Assembly: GCA_965242865.1 (NCBI GenBank)
Contig: CBDETK010000013.1
Span: 3,936,001-4,000,000, forward strand
DNA length: 64,000 nucleotides
Direction of reading: 5' to 3'
Origin: Candidatus Latescibacterota bacterium
GTDB lineage: Bacteria > Latescibacterota > UBA2968 > UBA8231
The notes under the pieces are model-generated. The model worked only from the letters and a program-made list of their open reading frames with translations. It made no database searches and had not been told where the DNA came from. Made by a program: the position numbers and the translations under genes. Shown here piece after piece: positions 19,055 to 28,530 of the stretch; within the stretch, counting starts at the first letter, position 1, and each line of letters starts with the position of its first letter.

Positions 19055-19873
19055 TTAGCGTTGGCTTAGGTCGTCGCCGAGGTCCGTTGAGTCAAACTGC
19101 CCCTTCTCGGCGCAGACGGCGACGACCAACAATTCGAGATTTTCTGGGGTGTGGTTGTAGAGGCCGTGGCTACCGCCCAGCCGACTGGGAATCGCGTCCC
19201 ACTGCGCGACCTCCTGCGTCTCGTCGTCCACTGTCATCCGCCCGCTTCCCTCGATGACGATATACGCCTCCTCAACGCCTTCGTGGCGGTGGTAGCCGAT
19301 CGATGTGCCCGGCGGCAACAGACAGTGAACCAAACCGTAGAAATTGCTGCGGAAATCCTCCGGCCCCCATATACGCCGGCCGCCGATGTGGCCCTTGCCG
19401 CCGTGCGCTGGGCCGTACTGTAGGGCCGCACGGTCCAGCCGCCCTACCGGCAGGCGGTCGGTGGATTCCAGTTCAGCACCGACCCGGTCGTCGCCCAGAT
19501 CGGTCGATTTGGGGTCGCCGCCGGGAACCACGCAGTGGACGTTGAACCAGCGCGTCTCGCGGTCGGTGTGGTTGTAGATGGCGTGGGTTTCGCCCGAGCG
19601 CAAAGGCACGGCGGCCTCGCCCTCAACTAGGGCCGTGCGCCCGTTGTGGGTGAACTGGGAGGCGTTGTCAATGGCGATGAAAATTTCCTCGCTGTCGTCG
19701 TGGCGGTGGTAGCCAATCCCGCCGCCGGGCAGGAGAATGGCGGCGTGGACGAAGGCGAAGGGCGTCTCAAAATCGGCGCGGTTCCACAGGCTGTTGAAGA
19801 GGATCGTCCCGGCCCCACCGTGGACGTCGCTCAGTTCCTTCATGTTGGCCCGGTCGGCTCTCGCTACGCGCAT
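19055..19873 (-). CDS. Bicupin protein
   Basis: Two GYHRHxxxEE motifs, each followed by HxxYNH. Confidence 0.88.
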   Translation of the reverse strand: MRVARADRANMKELSDVHGGAGTILFNSLWNRADFETPFAFVHAAILLPGGGIGYHRHDDSEEIFIAIDNASQFTHNGRTALVEGEAAVPLRSGETHAIYNHTDRETRWFNVHCVVPGGDPKSTDLGDDRVGAELESTDRLPVGRLDRAALQYGPAHGGKGHIGGRRIWGPEDFRSNFYGLVHCLLPPGTSIGYHRHEGVEEAYIVIEGSGRMTVDDETQEVAQWDAIPSRLGGSHGLYNHTPENLELLVVAVCAEKGQFDSTDLGDDLSQR

Positions 19874-19880
19874 AACGGCC

Positions 19881-20252
19881 TCATTGCTCGCGGTGGAAGA
19901 GTTGTAGGTTCAGTTGGTTCGGCCCCTCGAAGAAGCCCAAGGTGATGCCGGTCCCGCCGCCGACATCAAAAGGCTCCTTGGTGATGGTGACCCCCTTGTC
20001 CTTCAACTCCTGTGCGCTGGCTTCCACGCTATCGACCTCAAAAGAGATATGGTGGAAGCCGGCGTCCTGCCCCATAGTCTTTTGCGGCATGAGTTCGAGC
20101 AGGATACCGCCGGCGTCGAGGAAGACATAGTCTTCGTCGTCCTCGGTGGCAAAGCGCTCCACCACGGTCAGCCCCAGTTTCTGCGTGTAAAACGCCACGG
20201 CCCCTTCGATGTCGTCGGTTATGACCGCGATCTTGTGGATTTTGTTTACCAT
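19881..20252 (-). CDS. VOC/glyoxalase family protein
   Basis: AVAFYTQKLGL, LELM, FHHISFEVD, FFEGP. Confidence 0.88.
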   Translation of the reverse strand: MVNKIHKIAVITDDIEGAVAFYTQKLGLTVVERFATEDDEDYVFLDAGGILLELMPQKTMGQDAGFHHISFEVDSVEASAQELKDKGVTITKEPFDVGGGTGITLGFFEGPNQLNLQLFHREQ

Positions 20253-20409
20253 CGAATCCCTCCTCGTCGTTAGCGAACCTATCCGTGGTCTGGTTCAATT
20301 TGCGGCAGCAAATATAGAGGGTGCGAACAAAGTGCCGCAAGCTCGGCAGGGCTTGGCCGCTGCTATGGGTGCCCCTATGTTCTGAAGCCCAACAAATCAG
20401 GAGGCTGTC

Positions 20410-21240
20410 ATGTCCCATCCGCTCTTCGATCTATCCAACCGCGTCGCCTTAGTCTCTGGTGCGGCTAGTGGCCTCGGCAAAGCCATGGCCACGGGCTTTG
20501 CCGAAGCAGGGGCTGACCTCGTCTTGGCCGACTTCAATGCCGATGGCTTGGCCACGGCCGCGCGCGAAATGGAAGCCTTGGGCGGCCGCGTCCTCCCGGT
20601 GACGTGCGATGTGTCCCAACCCGATCAGATCCGCGCCATGTTTGAATTGATAGACGCCGAGTACGGTCGCATTGACATCGTCGGCAACGTTGCCGGCAAT
20701 GCGCGGCGCAATACCCCGCTCGATCTGACGCCCGAACAGGTCGAGTTTACCCTGCAAAACCTCGTCGTTGGCCGCTTGGTCTGTTGTCAAGAGGCCGGCC
20801 GGCGCATGATGGCCTCGGGCACTGGCGGCAGCATCATCAACCTCGTGTCGATCGCCGGCATCAACGCCCTCGGCCGCAGCCACCTCGCGTACAGCATGGG
20901 CATGGCCGGTGCCGCGCAGATGACCCGCGAACTGAGCACGGAGTGGGCCGCCAAGGGCGTGCGCGTCAACGCCATTGTCTGCGCCCAGCTAATGAACGCG
21001 GATCTCGAGGAGCGCATCGCCGCCGACCCCGCGCTGGGCAACACCTATTTGCGCGGCCTCCCCATTGGCCGCCTCGGCACCTCCAACGACATCAAGGGGG
21101 CGGCGATTTTCCTCGCCTCGGCCGCCTCGGCTTGGATCACCGGCGCACTGCTTCCTCTAGACGGCGGCAACCTCGCCAAAAACGCCGGCGGCTCGCATCC
21201 AGGCATGCCCAACGCGCCCGCCGAGCAGGTCGGCCTTTAG
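20410..21240 (+). CDS. SDR family oxidoreductase (atypical YSMGM instead of YxxxK)
   Basis: SGAASGLG, GVRVNAI, ITGALLPLDGG. Confidence 0.88.
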   Translation: MSHPLFDLSNRVALVSGAASGLGKAMATGFAEAGADLVLADFNADGLATAAREMEALGGRVLPVTCDVSQPDQIRAMFELIDAEYGRIDIVGNVAGNARRNTPLDLTPEQVEFTLQNLVVGRLVCCQEAGRRMMASGTGGSIINLVSIAGINALGRSHLAYSMGMAGAAQMTRELSTEWAAKGVRVNAIVCAQLMNADLEERIAADPALGNTYLRGLPIGRLGTSNDIKGAAIFLASAASAWITGALLPLDGGNLAKNAGGSHPGMPNAPAEQVGL

Positions 21241-21377
21241 GCCCTGGATGTTGGCATCTCAATGAGCACCGCGCATTTCTTTACACGAGTTGGTCCGGTC
21301 GCCTATCTTGTCGGCTGTAACGCCCGACATGTCCCGGCATTCGGGCTGCCCAAGCCGCCGCTCAGTGGAGCAAGACC

Positions 21378-22955
21378 ATGCTACGGATAGACCCCGATTC
21401 GCCCCGGACCGCCAAGCGTAAACTGCCCATCGGCATTCAGACCTTCCGCACGATTCGGGAAGAAAATTGCTACTACGTCGATAAGACCGCTTACATGGCG
21501 CGGCTGGTCGCCGAGGGTACGCACTATTTCCTGTCGCGTCCCCGTCGGTTCGGCAAGAGTCTGTTTCTCGATACGCTCAAGGAGCTGTTCGCCGGCAACG
21601 AGCCGCTGTTTCAGGAGCTGGCCATTCACCCGCGATGGGACTGGTCGGTGCGCCATCCGGTGCTGCGGCTCGACTTCAGCAGCGGCAACTTTAAGGAGCC
21701 AAGCTACCTACACAAAGATGTAATGGCCCAGCTAGACGCTATGGAGCGCGAGTCGGGGGTCGCTGCCAACTACGACACCGCACCAGCCCGCTTGCGCCAT
21801 TTGCTCAAGGTGCTGCATCAGCGCACCGGCCAGCGGGTGGCCGTGCTGATCGACGAGTATGACAAGCCCATTCTCGACGCGCTCGAAGTGCCGGAGGTCG
21901 CCCGTGCCAACCGCGACTACTTGCGGGGGCTGTATGCGACGATCAAGTTTGGCGACGCCCACATCGCGTTCACCTTCCTCACCGGGGTGAGCAAGTTCTC
22001 CAAAGTCAGCTTGTTCTCCGGCCTCAACAATCTCAAAGACATTACCTTAGACCCGCGCTACTCGGCCATTTGCGGCTACACTGAGGCGGACTTGGACGCG
22101 GTGTTCGCCGCGGAACTGCCCGGCTTGGACCGCGAAGCAATCCGCACGTGGTACAACGGCTACAACTGGCTGGGCGACGAGGCCGTGTACAACCCCTTTG
22201 ACGTATTGCTGCTGTTTGACCGCCGCCAGTTCGGGCCGTACTGGTTTGAGACGGGAACGCCGACGTTTCTGCTGGAGATGTTGTTGGCGCGCGGGGTCAG
22301 TGCGCTCTCCTTGGACGACATGCTCGGCAGCGAGGAGTTGCTGTCGTCGTTTGACGTGGACCACATTGCGACCGAGGCGTTGTTGTTCCAGACCGGCTAC
22401 CTGACCATTCGGTGCGCCGAGTTGCGCGGCGGGCGGATGTACTACCGGCTGGGCTACCCCAATCGGGAGGTGCAGCAAAGCCTGAACGATAGCTTGCTGA
22501 GTCACCTGACGGGCAATTCGTCGCGCCGGGTTGAGCACAGTGCCCGGCTCTACGATCTGCTGCTGGTCAACGACTTCGATGGCTTGGAAACGCTGTTCGA
22601 GGCGTTCTTTGCCAGCATTCCCTATCAGTGGCATACGAATAATGAGATCGCCCACTACGAGGGCTATTACGCCAGTGTGTTTTACTCCTACTTCGCGTCG
22701 CTGGGGTTGTCGATTACGGTGGAGGACAGCAGCCGGGAGGGACGCCTCGACATGGCGGTGGAGTTCAATGGAAACGTGTACCTGTTCGAGTTCAAGGTGG
22801 TAGATCAGGCGTCGGCGGGGGCGGCGATCCGGCAGTTGAAGGAGCGGGACTATGCGGCCAAGTATCGCGGGCGCGGCGAAGCGATTTTCCTGATTGGAGT
22901 GGAGTTCAGCCGAGAGACCCGCTCCGTAGCCGCCTTTGAGGTGGAGAGTACGTGA
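21378..22955 (+). CDS. AAA-ATPase-like + PD-(D/E)XK nuclease domain protein
   Basis: LPIGIQTF, YYVDKT, SRPRRFGKS, LIDEYDKP, GRLDM..FEFK. Confidence 0.92.
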   Translation: MLRIDPDSPRTAKRKLPIGIQTFRTIREENCYYVDKTAYMARLVAEGTHYFLSRPRRFGKSLFLDTLKELFAGNEPLFQELAIHPRWDWSVRHPVLRLDFSSGNFKEPSYLHKDVMAQLDAMERESGVAANYDTAPARLRHLLKVLHQRTGQRVAVLIDEYDKPILDALEVPEVARANRDYLRGLYATIKFGDAHIAFTFLTGVSKFSKVSLFSGLNNLKDITLDPRYSAICGYTEADLDAVFAAELPGLDREAIRTWYNGYNWLGDEAVYNPFDVLLLFDRRQFGPYWFETGTPTFLLEMLLARGVSALSLDDMLGSEELLSSFDVDHIATEALLFQTGYLTIRCAELRGGRMYYRLGYPNREVQQSLNDSLLSHLTGNSSRRVEHSARLYDLLLVNDFDGLETLFEAFFASIPYQWHTNNEIAHYEGYYASVFYSYFASLGLSITVEDSSREGRLDMAVEFNGNVYLFEFKVVDQASAGAAIRQLKERDYAAKYRGRGEAIFLIGVEFSRETRSVAAFEVEST

Positions 22956-23000
22956 AGTGCCTGTTGCGCTGCCGCGGCTGAGCACTTAGCGTAGCCAGTT

Positions 23001-24014
23001 ATGTCCAGCACACCTGCCATCCAGACCACGACCGTCGGCTCCTATCCCGTCCCGGACTGGCTCCAAGCCCTCCCCTCCGAGCAAGCCCTCGTCGATGCCA
23101 CCCGCGTAGTGTTCGACACCCAGCGCCAAGCCGGCATTGACCTGCCCACCGACGGCGAGCTATACCGCTTCGACGTCAATCACCCAGACACCAACGGCAT
23201 GATCGAGTACTTCGTCCGGCCCATGGGTGGCACCCGCACGGAATTTGGCCGCCGCGAGGCCGAGGAGTTCGCCGCCAAACAAAGCATGGGGTTCCGGGCC
23301 AAGCCCGCGGCCGTGGTTGAAGCCGAACTCAGCGCGGGCAGCCTCGACCTGCTTGCCGACTGTGCCCGCGCCGCAGCCGTGGCCGGCGGCCCCTTCAAGT
23401 TCACCCTGACCAGCCCTTACATGCTGGCTCGCACCCTCCTCGATCGCCACTACGGCGACTTTGCCGCGCTCCTGATGGCCGTTGCCCACGTCCTCGCCGA
23501 TCAGGTCCGCGGCCTGCCCTGCGCCTGCGTCCAAATCGACGAGGCCAACATCCCCGGCAATCCGGCCGACGGCCCGCTCGCGGCCCGCGCCATCAACGCC
23601 GTGCTCGACAGCATCGACGCAGGCACCCAAAAGGCCGTTCACTTCTGCTTTGGCAACTACGGCGGCCAGACCATCCAGCAGGGCGAGTGGCGCGCCTTGC
23701 TCGGCTTTCTCAACGAGCTGCGCGCCGATCACTTGGTGCTAGAGCTGGCCCATCGCCCGGCGAGCGACCTGCGTGCCCTGCAACACATCGACTCGCGCCT
23801 CGGCCTCGGCCTCGGCGTGATCGACATCAAGGTCAACCACATCGAAACGACCGAAGAGATCGCTCGCCGCATAGAAGCCGCGGCCGCCGCGGTCGGACCC
23901 GACCGCATCCGCTTCATCCACCCAGACTGCGGCTTTTGGATGCTCAAACGCTCCATCGCCGACCGCAAAATCGCAGCACTGGCTCAAGGGCGCGATCTGT
24001 ACTTGGGGCTTTAA
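23001..24014 (+). CDS. Cobalamin-independent methionine synthase II family protein
   Basis: TTTVGSYP, TDGE, QIDE, Zn ligands HFCFGN and HPDCG. Confidence 0.88.
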   Translation: MSSTPAIQTTTVGSYPVPDWLQALPSEQALVDATRVVFDTQRQAGIDLPTDGELYRFDVNHPDTNGMIEYFVRPMGGTRTEFGRREAEEFAAKQSMGFRAKPAAVVEAELSAGSLDLLADCARAAAVAGGPFKFTLTSPYMLARTLLDRHYGDFAALLMAVAHVLADQVRGLPCACVQIDEANIPGNPADGPLAARAINAVLDSIDAGTQKAVHFCFGNYGGQTIQQGEWRALLGFLNELRADHLVLELAHRPASDLRALQHIDSRLGLGLGVIDIKVNHIETTEEIARRIEAAAAAVGPDRIRFIHPDCGFWMLKRSIADRKIAALAQGRDLYLGL

Positions 24015-24021
24015 GTAGAAC

Positions 24022-24756
24022 TTACGGGCTCGTGCGGCGCATGATGCTGAGGAACTGGCCGGTCATGCCGCTGGCCGGGGGTTGCGTTGCGAGGAAAAGG
24101 GCCGCGGCAACGACCTGTTCGGGCTCCTTCCACGGGTCGCTTGCGGCGCGAAAGCTGCTAACTTCTTGCCAAGCGGGTTTTGACAGCTCCGTCCTGACCG
24201 GGCCGGGGATGAGAACGTTGGCGATAATGCCCTCGCTCCACACTTCTTCGGCAATGGCTTGGGTCAATCCGTGCAAGGCCGCTTTGGACGCGCAATAGAC
24301 GCTGAGATCCGCGTGGCCGACTTGGCCCATGCCAGAGCCGACATTGATGATGTTCCCGCTGCCCTGCCGCCGCATAATGGGCAATACCGCGCGGCAACAG
24401 CGGACGACGCCCATGACGTTGATTTGCCACGCCTGCTCCCACTGTTCATCGGTCGCGTCCAAAAACAGCCCCCGCGGATTGACGCCGGCGTTGTTGACGA
24501 GAATATCGATCCGACCGAATCGCTCGACCGTTTTCTGCACGAGGCGTTCCACCTCGGCGCACACCCGCAGATCAGTCGGCACCACAAGGGACTCGCCGCC
24601 CTGCGCGGCAATGGCTGCGGCTGTTTCGTCGAGCTGAGCTGTGCTGCGCGCGGCAATGGCGACCTGTGCGCCTTCGGCCGCATAGCCCAGCGCGATCGCC
24701 CGGCCAATGCCGCGACCTCCGCCCGTGACGAGGGCGACTTTGTCTTTGAGTTGCAT
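24022..24756 (-). CDS. SDR family oxidoreductase
   Basis: TGGGRGIG, NNAG, YCASK. Confidence 0.92.
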   Translation of the reverse strand: MQLKDKVALVTGGGRGIGRAIALGYAAEGAQVAIAARSTAQLDETAAAIAAQGGESLVVPTDLRVCAEVERLVQKTVERFGRIDILVNNAGVNPRGLFLDATDEQWEQAWQINVMGVVRCCRAVLPIMRRQGSGNIINVGSGMGQVGHADLSVYCASKAALHGLTQAIAEEVWSEGIIANVLIPGPVRTELSKPAWQEVSSFRAASDPWKEPEQVVAAALFLATQPPASGMTGQFLSIMRRTSP

Positions 24757-24763
24757 GGTTGCG

Positions 24764-25735
24764 TTAGGCGCGCAAGTACCCGGCGACCTCTTTGGCGAAA
24801 TACGTCAAAATCATGTCTGCACCGGCTCGCTTGATCCCGGTCAACACCTCCATGATGGCCTGCTCGCGTTCGACCCACCCCCGCTCCGCGGCCGCCACGA
24901 TCATCCCGAACTCGCCGGAGACATTGTACGCGGCAATGGGCACGTCAAAGGCTTGGCGAGCCGCGGCGATTACGTCGAGATAGGCCAGCGCCGGCTTGAC
25001 CATCACCACATCGGCTCCTTCCTCAATATCGAGTGCGATCTCCTTGAGTGCCTCGCGACCATTGGCCGGATCCATCTGATAGCTCTTCTTGTCGCCCTTC
25101 TTGGGCGCCGACTGGAGCGCGTCGCGGAACGGGCCGTAAAAGCACGAAGCATACTTGGCCGAATACGCCAAGATACCGACGTTTTTATAACCGGCCGCGT
25201 CGAGGGCTTGGCGGGTCCCGCGGACCCGGCCATCCATCATGTCGGAAGGCGCGACCCAATCGACGCCCGCTTCGGCGTGTGAAAGTGCCATCTTGCACAG
25301 CACCTCTACGGTCTCGTCGTTGACGACCTCGCCATTGACGACCAAGCCGTCGTGGCCGTGGTAGGTGTAGGGGTCGAGGGCCACATCGGTCTGTACGCAG
25401 AGCGCGGGCACTGCGGCCTTGAGGCTGCGAATCGCTCGTTGGATCAAGCCCTGCGGGTCGTAGGACTGGCTCGCTTCATCGTCCTTTTGAGCCGAGTAGC
25501 CAAAGAGGTTGACCGCTAAGATGCCCAACTCCCACAGCGCGCGGCACTCATCCACCAACTCGTCGATTGAGAAGCGGTATTGGCCGGGCATGTCGTCGAT
25601 GGGAACGCGCACTTTTTCGCCTTCGGTGACGAACAGCGGGCAGATTAGGTCATCAACGCGCAAATGGGTCTCGCGCACCAAGCCGCGCACCGCTTCTGAG
25701 CACCTGAGTCGTCGAGGTCTTTTGGTCAATTCCAC
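24764..25735 (-). CDS. hemB: Porphobilinogen synthase
   Basis: RPRRLR, DVALDPYTYHGHDG, APSDMMDGR, YGPFRDA, MVKP, AYNVSGE. Confidence 0.97.
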   Translation of the reverse strand: MELTKRPRRLRCSEAVRGLVRETHLRVDDLICPLFVTEGEKVRVPIDDMPGQYRFSIDELVDECRALWELGILAVNLFGYSAQKDDEASQSYDPQGLIQRAIRSLKAAVPALCVQTDVALDPYTYHGHDGLVVNGEVVNDETVEVLCKMALSHAEAGVDWVAPSDMMDGRVRGTRQALDAAGYKNVGILAYSAKYASCFYGPFRDALQSAPKKGDKKSYQMDPANGREALKEIALDIEEGADVVMVKPALAYLDVIAAARQAFDVPIAAYNVSGEFGMIVAAAERGWVEREQAIMEVLTGIKRAGADMILTYFAKEVAGYLRA

Positions 25736-25903
25736 AGCTATCTCCTATAGGCGGAGTAGATCGGGGTTAGCACACAGGCTAATGATAACAAATCGCCTAG
25801 CAGAAGCAATCCGACGCTTAGTGGCGCGTTGATCTAACATTTCTGATTTCGCATCTTCTGCAAACTTCAGTACCGAAGACGCCTTCCATCTCCTCGAGAG
25901 CCA

Positions 25904-26584
25904 ATGAGCCATTCCGTCCGACGCCATCTGCGCGTTGAAATTGATGCGTACGATAAGATCATCCGCGCCTTTGTCCCCGCCTACGAGGAGATGCTGGCGC
26001 GGGCCGCCGATGCGGTCGCCGAAATCAAGCCGGAAAAAGTGGTTGACCTCGGTGCCGGCACGGGCGCGTTGGCGCAAGCTGTATTGCGGCACTGCGAAGG
26101 CGTCCACGTTGAACTCATCGACGCCGATGCCGAGATGCTCGCGCAGGCCCGCGAGCGGCTCGCCCCCTTTGCCGCCCGAGTGCAGTACACAGTGCGAGCG
26201 TTCCAAGGTCTGCTCCCGGCCTGCGACGCAGTCGTCGCCTCCCTCGCGCTACACCACGTTCCCACGCTGGCCGAAAAACGGACGATCTTCAGCGCGATTC
26301 ACGCTGCGTTGCGACCCGGTGGCATATTCGTCAACGCGGATGCGACCATGCCCCCGGACCCAGCCGCTCGCCGAGCCGAATACGAGGCTTGGGCGGCCCA
26401 CCTCGTCTCCTGCGGCATCGCCGAAGAGGCCGCCTATAGCCACTTTGCGGAATGGGCCGACGAGGACACTTACTTTTCCGTGGAGGACGAACTCGCTGCG
26501 CTGACAGACGCGGGTTTTGACGCGGCCTGTCTATGGCGCGTCGTGCCTGTCACAGTCATAAGAGCGGCTAGAGCACCTGAGTGA
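25904..26584 (+). CDS. Class I SAM-dependent methyltransferase
   Basis: VDLGAGTG, ASLALHH, LRPGG. Confidence 0.88.
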   Translation: MSHSVRRHLRVEIDAYDKIIRAFVPAYEEMLARAADAVAEIKPEKVVDLGAGTGALAQAVLRHCEGVHVELIDADAEMLAQARERLAPFAARVQYTVRAFQGLLPACDAVVASLALHHVPTLAEKRTIFSAIHAALRPGGIFVNADATMPPDPAARRAEYEAWAAHLVSCGIAEEAAYSHFAEWADEDTYFSVEDELAALTDAGFDAACLWRVVPVTVIRAARAPE

Positions 26585-26651
26585 CATTTGGCCTCGGCCC
26601 GTCGCGCCATTACTTTTTTCAGACCACCATTCACCGCAGCCCGAGCTATTT

Positions 26652-28397
26652 ATGACCGCCAAAGTCTTCGCCGTCCTCTTCCTATTCGCCGTACCCCTGC
26701 AAGCCAAAACTCGGATTGAAGCCGCTTATGCAGCCGGCGAACTCGACTTGGAGACGGCCCTGATTTACCAAGTCCTCAGCGTGCGCGCTCCCGACCAACT
26801 GCCGGCCTTGTACCGCGAGGCTGGCGAGCGAGCGGTTTGCGGAACCCCGCCCCTAGTCCAAGCCATGAGCGCGGCCCCTGAGTTGAGCGCCGAGTACCGC
26901 GCTCGCGTGGGCAAGCTGGCGCAGCACCGGCCGGCCCTCGAACACAATCTCCTCTCGCCATCGGGGCGCTTTCGCGTCCACTACGATACCCAAGGAGCCA
27001 ACGCGGTTTCGCCGACGGACGACGACGCCAACAACATCCCGGATTACATCGACCTCACGATGGCCGTCCTCGACAGCATTTGGGTGCTCGAAGTCGAAGA
27101 GCTCGGCTACAATCCACCCCCATCGGACAACGGCTTGGGCGGTGGCGACGAATACGACGCGTACGTCGTTGAGCTAAGCGGTCGCTATTATGGGTTCGCC
27201 TATCCTCAGACGGCCGGCGCGACCACCACCCACAGCTATCTCGAAATCGACAACGACTTTACAGACCCGGGCTACAAGCAGACTCGCGGGCTGGACGCCC
27301 TGCGCGTGACCATCGCCCACGAGTTCCATCACGCCATTCAGTTTGGCTACTACGCGAAATTCGACGGCAGTTGGTGGCAAGAATCGACCTCCACTTGGAT
27401 GGAGGAAGTGGCCTATCCGCACATCGACGATTACCTCCAGTACTTGACCTACTTCCTCAGCGAACCCCACCGCGCCCTCAACTCCGGCGTTTATCGCAGC
27501 CTCCACACCTACGGCTCGGCGATCTTTTCCTATTTCCTCGATCAGCGCTACGGCCGCGCCCTCAACCGCCAGATATGGGAGGAAGTGGGCCAGCACCAAA
27601 GCGTCCACCTCGATCACTTCGACCGCGTCCTCCGCCAAGTCGAGCCGGGCGGCCTCGGCAGCGTCGTGGGCGAATTTGCCGTGTGGAACTATTTCACCGA
27701 CAACCGCCACCGCGCCCCATTCTACGCCGAAGGGGACAAATACCCGCCTGTCCCCACCCGCGACCTCGCCGTCGCCGCCGAAGCGGTCGCCCGCGACACC
27801 AGCCTGATCAACGCCACCGGCAGCGTCTATCTGCGTCTCCAGCCGCACCTGCGTCCGGGCGGCGTCGAGCTGTTCTTGGACGCTAACCAAGGGGCTTGGC
27901 GTCGCCACCTGCTTTTGATCGGCCCCGACAGCGTCGCCGTGCAAGCCATCTCCGAGCCGACGGTCCAAATCATCGGCTGGGACCAGTTCGACGAGATCGT
28001 CCTCGTCGCCACCTCGGCCGAGCGCACGGGCTTGACCTACCAGCACTTCTTTACCGCCCAGTTCGATCCCGACCTGATCGCCCCCGACCAATCGGCCCCC
28101 CTCGCCACCCGGCTCAAGCCCAACTACCCCAACCCCTTCCGCCCCGGCCACCACCGGCACACCAAGCTGGCCTTTGACTTAGCTTTTCCCAGCCGAAAAA
28201 CCCGCCTGTCGATATTTTCGGCCAATGGCGATTTGGTTTGGTGGGATGACTTAGGCGAGCGGCGAGCGGACGAATACGCCGTGCGGTGGGATGGGCGCAA
28301 CGCGGCCGGCCATCCCGTCGCCAGCGGCATCTATCACCTGCTCCTCGAAGCCGACGGCACCGCCGCCAAGCGCACCATAGCGGTGGTGCGCGATTGA
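26652..28397 (+). CDS. Secreted zinc metalloprotease (MXAN_6640-like) with FlgD-Ig/T9SS-like C-terminal domain, copy 1
   Basis: Signal peptide, CGTP, IAHEFHHAIQ..WWQE, PNYPNPF..WDGRN..VASGIY. Confidence 0.82.
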   Translation: MTAKVFAVLFLFAVPLQAKTRIEAAYAAGELDLETALIYQVLSVRAPDQLPALYREAGERAVCGTPPLVQAMSAAPELSAEYRARVGKLAQHRPALEHNLLSPSGRFRVHYDTQGANAVSPTDDDANNIPDYIDLTMAVLDSIWVLEVEELGYNPPPSDNGLGGGDEYDAYVVELSGRYYGFAYPQTAGATTTHSYLEIDNDFTDPGYKQTRGLDALRVTIAHEFHHAIQFGYYAKFDGSWWQESTSTWMEEVAYPHIDDYLQYLTYFLSEPHRALNSGVYRSLHTYGSAIFSYFLDQRYGRALNRQIWEEVGQHQSVHLDHFDRVLRQVEPGGLGSVVGEFAVWNYFTDNRHRAPFYAEGDKYPPVPTRDLAVAAEAVARDTSLINATGSVYLRLQPHLRPGGVELFLDANQGAWRRHLLLIGPDSVAVQAISEPTVQIIGWDQFDEIVLVATSAERTGLTYQHFFTAQFDPDLIAPDQSAPLATRLKPNYPNPFRPGHHRHTKLAFDLAFPSRKTRLSIFSANGDLVWWDDLGERRADEYAVRWDGRNAAGHPVASGIYHLLLEADGTAAKRTIAVVRD

Positions 28398-28486
28398 AGG
28401 AAGCAAACTCGCCAGCCGATGTCTCAGAAGCGTTCCTAACACTCATGTTGCTTTTGGCTCGTCTCGCCTGACGCCGCAAAAGAACG

Positions 28487-28521
28487 TCACCCCGTGCTCC
28501 GACACGGGGCGGGAATCCAGA
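28487..28521 (+). repeat. REP-like hairpin GTCACCCCGTG-CTCCGA-CACGGGG-CGGGAATCCAG
   Basis: 7-bp perfect stem; a similar palindrome CCCGTGTACACGGG lies at 11349-11362. Confidence 0.4.
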
Positions 28522-28530
28522 AATTATCCC

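Noticed and set aside
25745-25900. Integron attC site
   Set aside because: GTTAG and TCTAAC are in the wrong order, no extended hairpin, and no intI.
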